Shown here: positions 38,440-49,327 of the stretch, piece by piece | How positions within the stretch are numbered: position 1 is the stretch's first letter | Layout: every line of letters begins with the position of its first letter | NCBI GenBank assembly: GCA_965204735.1 | Contig: OZ242008.1 | Location: forward strand, 992,001 to 1,056,000 | Source of the DNA: Longimicrobiales bacterium | Lineage (GTDB): Bacteria > Gemmatimonadota > Gemmatimonadetes > Longimicrobiales > Gaopeijiaceae | DNA length: 64,000 bases | Reading direction: 5' to 3' | The notes under the pieces: generated by a model | What the model was told of the DNA's origin: nothing | What the model saw: the letters and a program-made list of their open reading frames with translations, nothing else | Databases searched by the model: none | Made by a program: the position numbers and the translations under genes

Positions 38440-40592
38440 AGCCCCCGCAAACGACCGCTCACCCCCTTCTCGCCGCGTTCGCCGTCCTCGCACTCGGCCC
38501 ATCCCTCGCGACGCCGACCCCGGCCGCCTCCCAGCAGGACCCGGACCTCCTCACCGCCCACGACGTCTTCGACCTGGAGTACGTGGCGGACCCGCAGATC
38601 TCCCCCGACGGCGAGCGGATCGTCTTCGTTCGCCGATGGGCCGACGTGAACACGGACCGGCGCTACTCGAACCTGTGGATCATGGACCGGGACGGCGACG
38701 ACCAGCGGCCCCTCACCACGGGCAAGAGGCGCGACAGCTGGCCTCGGTGGTCGCCCAGCGGGGACCGGCTCCTGTACCTCTCCGACGCCGTCGGCCCGGG
38801 AGCAGAAGGTCCCGCGGCCGGCGCTGGCGGCCCGCCTCAGCTCCACGTCCGGTGGATGGACAGCGGCCACACGACCCGCCTCACCGACACGCCCCGCGGC
38901 CCCCGGGTCCCGTCGTGGTCGCCCGACGGCTCGACGATCGCGTTCTCGGCGTTCGTGCCCGATCCCGGACTTCAGCTGATCGCCATGCCCGAGCCGCCGG
39001 AGGGCGCCGAGTGGGCCGAGCCGGCACGGGTCATCGACGAGCTTGTGCACCGCTTCGACGGCGCGGGAGACCTGGAGCACGGCCATACCCACGTCTTCGT
39101 CCTGCCCGCGTCGGGCGGAACGCCTCGGCAGATCACCAGCGGCGACTTCCACCACGGAGGATACGTGGGACGGGCGGGAAGCGGGCGGCCCGTGTGGTCC
39201 GCCGACGGCCGGTCGGTGCTGATCTCGGCCAACCGTCACGCCGACTGGGAGCTGGAGAACCGCAACACCGAGGTGTACGAGGCGACGCTGGACGGCCGCA
39301 TCCGCGCCCTCACCGACCGCAAGGGGCCAGACGGGGGCGTGGCCGCCTCTCCGGACGGACGATGGATCGCGTACACGGGCTTCGACGACCGCTACCAGGG
39401 GTATCAGGTCGCCGGGCTCTGGCTGGCCGAAAGGGACGGGTCGGGCGCGCGGGCGGTGGCGGCGCAGCTGGACCGAAGCGTGGGCGGACTGACGTGGTCG
39501 GCGGACTCGGAGCGGCTGTACTTCAGCTACGCGGACCAGGGCAACACCAAGGTCGCCTACGTGGAGCCGGGCCGCTCCGGAGACGGGGCCGACGAGGTGC
39601 ACGTGGTGGCCGGCAACATGGGCGGCACCGGGTCGGCCTACGGCGGCGGAAGCTTCTCGGTGGGTCCCCGGGGGACGGTCGCGTACACGTACTCGACGCC
39701 TTCGATCCTCAGCGAGATCGCGGTGGCGGGCGGAGGCGGCTCGGCCGAAGGCGAATCCCGCGTCCTCACCGCGGTCAACGACGACGTGCTGGGGTACAAA
39801 ACCCTGGGCGAAGTGGAAGAGCTGTGGTGGCCCTCGTCCCACGACGGACGGCAGATCCACGGCTGGGTCGTCAAGCCGCCGGGGTTCGACCCGTCGCGGC
39901 GCTACCCGCTGATCCTGGAGATTCACGGCGGCCCCTTCGCCAACTACGGAGACCGCTTCGACGTGGAGAAGCAGGCGATGGCCTCGGCGGGCTACGTGGT
40001 GCTGTACACCAACCCGCGAGGCAGCACCTCCTACGGCGAAGAGTTCGGCAACCTGATCCACCACGTCTACCCCGAGAACGACTACTACGACTTGGACTCG
40101 GGCGTGGACGCCGTGCTCGAGCTGGGCTACGTGGACCCGGACCGCCTCTTCATCACCGGCGGAAGCGGGGGCGGCGTCCTCTCCTCGTGGACGATCGGCA
40201 AGACGGACCGCTACAAGGCGGCGGCGGTGCTGTACCCGGTGATCAACTGGTACAGCTTCGCGGTGTCGTCGGACATACCGATCACGGTGGCCAAGTACTG
40301 GTTCCGCGCGATGCCTTGGGAAGACCCGGAGCACTACCTTTCGCGCTCGCCGATCTCCCTGGTCGGCAACGTGACCACGCCCACGATGGTGATGACGGGC
40401 GTGGAGGACTACCGCACGCCCATGTCCGAGTCGGACCAGTACTACCAGGCCCTCAAGCTGCGGGGCGTGGACGCGGCGCTGGTCAAGGTGCCGGGCGAGC
40501 CCCACGGCATCCGGGTGCGCCCCAGCCACTTCATGCAGAAGATCATGTACATCCTGGGCTGGTTCGACCGGTACCGGACCGGAATCTCGTAG
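38436..40592 (+). CDS. S9 family peptidase (acylaminoacyl/dipeptidyl aminopeptidase), secreted
   Basis: Signal peptide, PD40-like SPDG repeats, IHGGP, NPRGS, GGSGGG nucleophile, EDYRTP and EPHG. Confidence 0.93.
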   Translation: MKPPQTTAHPLLAAFAVLALGPSLATPTPAASQQDPDLLTAHDVFDLEYVADPQISPDGERIVFVRRWADVNTDRRYSNLWIMDRDGDDQRPLTTGKRRDSWPRWSPSGDRLLYLSDAVGPGAEGPAAGAGGPPQLHVRWMDSGHTTRLTDTPRGPRVPSWSPDGSTIAFSAFVPDPGLQLIAMPEPPEGAEWAEPARVIDELVHRFDGAGDLEHGHTHVFVLPASGGTPRQITSGDFHHGGYVGRAGSGRPVWSADGRSVLISANRHADWELENRNTEVYEATLDGRIRALTDRKGPDGGVAASPDGRWIAYTGFDDRYQGYQVAGLWLAERDGSGARAVAAQLDRSVGGLTWSADSERLYFSYADQGNTKVAYVEPGRSGDGADEVHVVAGNMGGTGSAYGGGSFSVGPRGTVAYTYSTPSILSEIAVAGGGGSAEGESRVLTAVNDDVLGYKTLGEVEELWWPSSHDGRQIHGWVVKPPGFDPSRRYPLILEIHGGPFANYGDRFDVEKQAMASAGYVVLYTNPRGSTSYGEEFGNLIHHVYPENDYYDLDSGVDAVLELGYVDPDRLFITGGSGGGVLSSWTIGKTDRYKAAAVLYPVINWYSFAVSSDIPITVAKYWFRAMPWEDPEHYLSRSPISLVGNVTTPTMVMTGVEDYRTPMSESDQYYQALKLRGVDAALVKVPGEPHGIRVRPSHFMQKIMYILGWFDRYRTGIS

Positions 40593-40610
40593 GCGGGAAG
40601 GGGCCCTTGC

Positions 40611-40720
40611 CGGAGCTCGAGCGCCGGAACCGAGGCCGACCGCTACGCCAGCCCAAGTCCCGTCGCGGGCGATAGCCGTCCAGCGGAGCTCGAGCGCCGG
40701 CACCGAGGCCGACCGCTACG
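40611..40720. repeat. Two 37-bp direct repeats (one mismatch) separated by 36 bp
   Basis: CGGAGCTCGAGCGCCGG(A/C)ACCGAGGCCGACCGCTACG at 40611-40647 and 40684-40720. Confidence 0.9.
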
Positions 40721-41138
40721 GGTCGCCGCGAGCGTCGTCGCCGAGCCGCTCTTTCGCTCGCCGGACGAAGGCTTCCGCGCTCTCCACCGCCTCTCGCGCC
40801 TGCTGCTCGGTGAAGGACCTGAAGGGCACCCCTCCCGGCAGTCCGTTGGGGTAGCGGGAGGGGACGTAGTAGAGGTCCAGCACGCTCGCCGAACCCCGGA
40901 GGTCGGCCAACTCCGGCGCCTTGCCCGCGTAGCGGTCCACCAGCACGGTCACCGAATGCCCGAGGATCGTTCGGTCGCCCAGGTGGTACCCGATTGACTT
41001 GACGGCCTTCTCGGCGGCCTGCTGGGCGATGAAGCAGGCCTGGTGGTAGTACGCTTCGCGAAGCGCGAGACGGGCGAAGCCGAGATCGTTATCCGCCTGG
41101 AGCCACCACCGCCGCGCCTCGGCGGCGCCGTCCCACAT
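40716..41138 (-). CDS. HEPN domain protein
   Basis: WWLQADNDL, ACFIAQQAAEKAVK, GHS and YVPSRYP. Confidence 0.9.
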   Translation of the reverse strand: MWDGAAEARRWWLQADNDLGFARLALREAYYHQACFIAQQAAEKAVKSIGYHLGDRTILGHSVTVLVDRYAGKAPELADLRGSASVLDLYYVPSRYPNGLPGGVPFRSFTEQQAREAVESAEAFVRRAKERLGDDARGDP

Positions 41139-41146
41139 GGGCGACG

Positions 41147-41484
41147 CTATCCTGCCTCGGCGGCGCTGCCCGCACCGCTCTGCTTCCAGCGAATGGGCTT
41201 GGCCGTGGCCAGAGCGTCCACGAGAAAGGGCCGCGCTTCGGCCTTGAGGCGCTCGAACTCCTCCGGCGTGTAGACCAGAAGGTCGACGCCCCCGCCTGCG
41301 GCGAGCACCGCCGGCAGGTAGTCCTTGGGGCGTTCCACGACGGGCCGGTCGCTGGGCGCCACGACGATCACGTCGATGTCGCTCTCCGGTCCGGCGGCAC
41401 CGGTGGCTTGGGAGCCGAACACCCAGGCGGCCACCGCTCCGTTCCTGGCCAGAAGGGGACGCAGGGCCGCCAGGAACGCCTCCA

Positions 41485-41485
<1 letters not shown>
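41147..41485 (-). CDS. Minimal nucleotidyltransferase (MNT), partner of HEPN
   Basis: VFGSQATG, SDIDVIVV and VDLLVYTPEEF; the ATG overlaps the sucA TGA. Confidence 0.9.
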
Positions 41486-44628
<3,143 letters not shown>

Positions 44629-44788
44629 GACTTGCCGCTGCTTGCGTGGCCGGGGCGCCTGCGTGGCCGGCAGAGGGTCGGCGCGGGCCGTGGACGCCTT
44701 CTATAATTCGACGATCTTTCTGCGTCGTGGCAACCCTTCCCCCGACCAGCCTTCCCGCAATGGACATCGCGATGCGGCGGTGCGCTTG

Positions 44789-45802
44789 ATGGACGGACGC
44801 GGTTCGCCCGCGACGACGGCCCGTCCCGTCGGTTGGACCACGCCGGTGCCCGGCTGGAGCGAGACCTTCCCCTGGCTGCGCGCCGGAACGACTCGACGGG
44901 CGCCGAAGTCGAGCGCGAGCGTCGCCGCCGACCGTGCCGGGCCCACCAGCCGTCCAGCGGATCCGGCGCCCCCGGCCCTCGGCTTTCCCGGCGAGTGGGC
45001 GGGACGGCGCATTCCCGCCGAGAGCGTTCACGCCTTGAACGGCTCCGGGCCTTGGCGCTCCGTCGTGCGCAGCCGACAGGTCCACGGGACGAGAGTTCGA
45101 GTCCACGGCTCGGTTCCCCGAGGCTTCTTCCTGGCCGCCGAGTGCGACGGACACGCCACATGCGCGCCCGGTCTGCTTCTCACCGCGACTCTGGCCGACT
45201 GCGTTCCCGTCTTCCTGGCGGACCCGGCCGCCCGGGCGGTCGCGCTCCTTCACGCGGGCTGGCGAGGCGCCGCCGGAGGCGTGGTCGAGTCCGGGATCGC
45301 CGCCATGGCCGACGCTTTCGGAAGCGACCCGGCGCGCCTCTCGGTCCACGCGGGTCCTGCCATCTGCGGACGATGCTACGAGGTGGGCCCCGAAGTCTTC
45401 GCGGCCCTGGGGTTGCCGCCCCCTTCCGGCCCCGCCCTTCTGGACCTGCGGGAGAGGGTCCGGCGGCGAGCGGTGTCCGCCGGCGTCCCTTCGGCCAACG
45501 TGACGACCAGCGACGAGTGCACGCGCTGCGGAGACGGCCGCTACTTCTCGCACCGGGGCGGCGACCGGTGGCGGCACTTGGCGTTCGCGGGAGTCTTGCC
45601 ACGGGAAGGCGGCGCGGCCAAGGGCGACCCTCGGACCTTCCGCGCCGTCGGGCTCTGTCGGCGATGCAAGTGGTCGAGGACGGTGGAGACTCGCCGAGGC
45701 TCCGTCTTCCGCCTCTGCCGGCGCCACCAGGAGGACTCCTCCTTCCCCAAGTACCCAACCCTGCCCGTCCGCCTCTGCCGGGGGTTCGCGGCTCGGCCGT
45801 GA
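44789..45802 (+). CDS. pgeF: YfiH/PgeF-family (laccase-domain/purine nucleoside phosphorylase) protein with extra Cys-rich C-terminal domain
   Basis: QVHG, CDG, ADCVPV, LHAGWRG, GPAICGRCYEVG and YFSHR. Confidence 0.87.
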   Translation: MDGRGSPATTARPVGWTTPVPGWSETFPWLRAGTTRRAPKSSASVAADRAGPTSRPADPAPPALGFPGEWAGRRIPAESVHALNGSGPWRSVVRSRQVHGTRVRVHGSVPRGFFLAAECDGHATCAPGLLLTATLADCVPVFLADPAARAVALLHAGWRGAAGGVVESGIAAMADAFGSDPARLSVHAGPAICGRCYEVGPEVFAALGLPPPSGPALLDLRERVRRRAVSAGVPSANVTTSDECTRCGDGRYFSHRGGDRWRHLAFAGVLPREGGAAKGDPRTFRAVGLCRRCKWSRTVETRRGSVFRLCRRHQEDSSFPKYPTLPVRLCRGFAARP

Positions 45803-47364
45803 CGGATGCGCTCGCCGTGGCCGCCGTCGCCCTCCACGGCGTCGTGCTGGCCCTGCTGCTGCCGTTCGCGTGCCACCGAACGCTTCTGCTCCTGCTGTCG
45901 CGAAGGGGCCCGCCGCCCCCCTCGCCGTCGCCGGCGAGCCACCCCGAGCCACGGGTGACGGTTCAGCTCCCCGTCTTCAACGAGAGGCGGGTCGTGGAGC
46001 GGCTGATCGACGCGGCGTGCCGCTTGTCCTATCCCCGGGACCGCCTTCAGGTCCAGGTCCTCGACGACTCCACCGACGAGACCACGGCCCTTGCCGAAGG
46101 GCGCGCCCGCTTCTGGCGCCGGAGAGGGGTGGACGTGGCGGTGCTCCGTCGACCGGTTCGCACGGGCTACAAGGCCGGAGCGCTGGCCGCCGGGCTGGAG
46201 CGGGCCGCGGGCGAGTTCCTTCTCGTCCTGGACGCGGACTTCCTGCCCCGGCCGGACCTCCTCCGCCGACTGCTGCCGGCCATGTCGGATTCGGGCGTGG
46301 GGATGGTCCAGGCCCGCTGGGACCACTTGAACGAGCACGACTCCTGGCTGACCAGGGCCCAGGCGCTGCTTCTCGACGGTCACTTCTTCTTCGAGCAGGC
46401 CGGACGGTACCGGGGGCGGCGCTTCTTCAACTTCAACGGGACGGCCGGGCTGTGGCGGCGGCAGGCGCTGGAGGACGCGGGAGGCTGGCACTTCGACACC
46501 CTGACCGAGGACCTGGACGTCAGCTACCGGGCCCAGATGGCCGGGTGGCGCTTCGTCTTCTTGGAAGACGTGGGGGTGGGGGCGGAGCTTCCCCAAACCG
46601 CCCGAGCGTTCCTGATCCAGCAGCGACGGTGGGCGCAAGGCGGCGTGCAGACGGCCCGGAAGGTCCTTCCCCGACTGGTTCGGGGGCCTTTTCCGGCAAC
46701 GGTGAAGATGGAGGCCTTCGTCCACCTCTGCGGCCACTTGGCCCACCCGCTGGCCTTCGTCCTTTCACTGCTCGTCGTCCCGGCCGCGTTCGCCCGACGG
46801 ACGCTGGGACTGGACGGGCTGTGGTGGGTGGACGGGGCCGTCTTCCTGGCCGCCGCGGGGCCGTTCGTCGCCTTCTACCTGGCGGCTGCGCGGAAGCGGG
46901 GTCGGAGCTGGAGCGCCTCGCTGCGCGGCGCGGGCGCCGTGCTGGCCCTCGGGGCCGGGTTGTCGCTGCTTCTCTGCCGGTCGGCGCTGCGCGGCCTTCG
47001 CCGGCGTCGCGACCCCTTCCAGCGCACGCCGAAGCGGGGCGCCGCCGCGCCGTCGGCCGTCGGTCCGGCGTCGGGCGACTTCCCGGGCCGGGGCGCGGCC
47101 CGAGCGGCGGGGGCGATCATGGTCGCGGCTGCTGCCGGGGCGCTGGCCTCAGGGTTCTGGGCGTCGCTTCCCCTGTTGGCCCTCTTCGCCTCGGGACACT
47201 TGGCGCTGGGCGGCGTGACGCCGGACGCCCTTCGCGGCCTCCGTCAGCAGAAGCGCCCACACCGGAAGCCAGATGGCGACCAGGGTCCACGTCGGCTGCG
47301 GCCAGCCGTTGCCGGCCTGGTGCGACGCAAGGCCCCAGTAGCCGAGGAATGCGAGCCCGCTTAG
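45799..47364 (+). CDS. GT2 processive (cellulose-synthase-like) glycosyltransferase
   Basis: VTVQLPVFNE, DDSTD, KAGAL, DADF, FNGTAG, TEDLD, QQRRWAQG and FQRTPK. Confidence 0.92.
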   Translation: MTDALAVAAVALHGVVLALLLPFACHRTLLLLLSRRGPPPPSPSPASHPEPRVTVQLPVFNERRVVERLIDAACRLSYPRDRLQVQVLDDSTDETTALAEGRARFWRRRGVDVAVLRRPVRTGYKAGALAAGLERAAGEFLLVLDADFLPRPDLLRRLLPAMSDSGVGMVQARWDHLNEHDSWLTRAQALLLDGHFFFEQAGRYRGRRFFNFNGTAGLWRRQALEDAGGWHFDTLTEDLDVSYRAQMAGWRFVFLEDVGVGAELPQTARAFLIQQRRWAQGGVQTARKVLPRLVRGPFPATVKMEAFVHLCGHLAHPLAFVLSLLVVPAAFARRTLGLDGLWWVDGAVFLAAAGPFVAFYLAAARKRGRSWSASLRGAGAVLALGAGLSLLLCRSALRGLRRRRDPFQRTPKRGAAAPSAVGPASGDFPGRGAARAAGAIMVAAAAGALASGFWASLPLLALFASGHLALGGVTPDALRGLRQQKRPHRKPDGDQGPRRLRPAVAGLVRRKAPVAEECEPA

Positions 47365-48519
47365 CAGGAGGAACGGCCGGGAACCTCGGAGCGCCGCCGC
47401 CGGAAGCGTCCACAACGCGTACCAAGGGTGGACCGTGGGCGACATGAGCAGCCCGGCGCCGACGATCCACAGCATGGCGCGCTCCAGGGAGAACCGACGC
47501 CGCGCGGCGTAGAGGGCGGTTCCCAGCACGGCGGCGGCGGCCAGCACGCGGGCGGTCGCGGCGTCGCCGACCGCGGCCTCCACCAGGGCGAAGGCGCCGG
47601 GGTTGGCCGACCAGTGCTCGGCGTAGGTGCGAAGACCCGCCGCGACCCGACCGACTCCCGGGCCCGGAAGGGCGGCGCCGGCGCCGGTGAAGGGGAGGCA
47701 GAACGCGACGCACGTCGCCGCGAAGGCGAGCCCGGCCCAGACGCCGTGACGGCGCAGCAAGGGCGGGAGGAGCGCCGCCGGGGCCACCTTGACCAGCGTC
47801 GCCAGGGCGAGAACGGCGCCCATGGCAGCGGGCCGGGCCCGAGGGGCGCGGGGCGATCCCCTGCCCGCCGCGAGCCACAGAAGCGCGGCCATGAGGAAGA
47901 GGCCGGCGGCGTCGAAGTGGGCGCTCCATCCGGTCTCCACCACCAGAAGGGGCGACCACAGGTACCACAACAGGACGGGGGCGGGCCGGCGGCCGGTGCG
48001 GACCGCCACCCGCTGGAGCAGGAGGCCGCACCCCAGGTCCAGCACGAGCCAGAGCGCCTTGGCCGCCAGGACCGTGCCGCCGACGGCGGACGCCAGGGCG
48101 AAGAGGAGCTGGGCGACCGGCGGGTAGATCGTCGGCACGTCCGGGTGGTTGATTCGGTCGTGCCACGGGGCGCGCAGCGCCGTCAGGGCGTCGTCGGCCG
48201 GCGCGTGGGAGTACGGGTTCGTTCCCTCCGACAGCACGCGGCCGTCCCACAGGTAGCGGTACACGTCGTCGGAGAGCTCGGGCGCCAGGGGGAGCAGCGA
48301 GACGCGGGCCAAGACGGCGACCCCCCATACGGCGTCGGTCGCGGCGGCGTCGGTCTCGTCCCTTCCGTCCCGGTTCCGGGTCATGGTCCAGCCCGCAATC
48401 CCGTAGCATAGAAGGGCGCCGGCGGGCAGGAGCAGGCGGGGCAGCGGCAGGGCGACCCCGTCCAGCCATCCGAAGGCGGCCAGGAAGGCGGCTTCCGCCA
48501 GACCCAGGAGGACGATCAT
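47149..48519 (-). CDS. GT-C membrane glycosyltransferase (GT87/DUF2029-like)
   Basis: LSDDVYRYLWDG, NPY, TIYPP, HFD and VHPWY; multi-TM. Confidence 0.85.
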   Translation of the reverse strand: MIVLLGLAEAAFLAAFGWLDGVALPLPRLLLPAGALLCYGIAGWTMTRNRDGRDETDAAATDAVWGVAVLARVSLLPLAPELSDDVYRYLWDGRVLSEGTNPYSHAPADDALTALRAPWHDRINHPDVPTIYPPVAQLLFALASAVGGTVLAAKALWLVLDLGCGLLLQRVAVRTGRRPAPVLLWYLWSPLLVVETGWSAHFDAAGLFLMAALLWLAAGRGSPRAPRARPAAMGAVLALATLVKVAPAALLPPLLRRHGVWAGLAFAATCVAFCLPFTGAGAALPGPGVGRVAAGLRTYAEHWSANPGAFALVEAAVGDAATARVLAAAAVLGTALYAARRRFSLERAMLWIVGAGLLMSPTVHPWYALWTLPAAALRGSRPFLLLSGLAFLGYWGLASHQAGNGWPQPTWTLVAIWLPVWALLLTEAAKGVRRHAAQRQVSRGEEGQQGKRRPEP

Positions 48520-48571
48520 TCGACCGGACGACGCGCGGGACGGCGACTTCACCGAGCCGCTCCAGCGCCTC

Positions 48572-49327
48572 TTGGCCCGCACGGCGGTCCTGATCCCGGC
48601 CCTGAACGAGGAGGAAGCGCTCCCGGCGGTCCTGCGGGCGCTGCCTCGGGACCGGCTGCTTGCGGTGGTCGTGGTCGACAACGGGTCCACGGACCGCACC
48701 GCCGCGGTTGCCCGGGCGGAGGGCGCCGTCGTCGTCGCGGAGGCCGAACGCGGATACGGGGCCGCGTGCCTCGCCGGCATCGCCCGCCTCTCCGCGCTGG
48801 ACCCGCTTCCCGAGGCCGTCGTCTTCTTGGACGCGGACCACCCGGAGAGCGCGGAAGGCATCCCGCTGCTGCTCGGTGCGCTGTCCCGGGGCGCCGACTT
48901 GGCCCTGGGCGTCCGCGCCGGACCTCGGGGCGAGACCGGAAACCTTCGCGCCCACGCCCGATGGGGAAACCGAGTCGTCCTGGCATGCGCCCGCCTCCTC
49001 TTCGGCCGCCGCTTTCGGGACCTGCCCCCGTTTCGCGCCGTCGGCTTCCCGGTGCTCGACCGCCTGGCCATGGACGACCGCAGCTGGGGGTGGACCCTTC
49101 AGATGCAGCTGCGCGCCGCGCGCCTCGGCTTGTCGGTGGCGGAGGTGGAGGTGCCCCACCGTCCACGCTCCCAAGGGCGGTCCAAGATATCCGGCCGCCT
49201 GGGCGCGTCGCTCCGGGTGGGCGCCAAGATGGCCGCCACCCTGCTCCGCGAGCGGGTCAGCGCTCCAAGGGAAGGACCGCGGCGCCCCGGTCCTCCAGCT
49301 CCGCCGCCATCGCCGGGTGGCAGGTGA
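48572..49327 (+). CDS. GT2 glycosyltransferase (polyprenol-phosphate glycosyltransferase-like; start uncertain)
   Basis: LIPALNEE, VDNGSTD, GYGAAC, FLDAD and GRSKISG. Confidence 0.88.
   Translation: MARTAVLIPALNEEEALPAVLRALPRDRLLAVVVVDNGSTDRTAAVARAEGAVVVAEAERGYGAACLAGIARLSALDPLPEAVVFLDADHPESAEGIPLLLGALSRGADLALGVRAGPRGETGNLRAHARWGNRVVLACARLLFGRRFRDLPPFRAVGFPVLDRLAMDDRSWGWTLQMQLRAARLGLSVAEVEVPHRPRSQGRSKISGRLGASLRVGAKMAATLLRERVSAPREGPRRPGPPAPPPSPGGR

Noticed and set aside
40611..40720. CRISPR array call
   Set aside because: Only two repeats, no cas genes or leader, and the repeat overlaps a stop codon. Kept as a direct repeat only.
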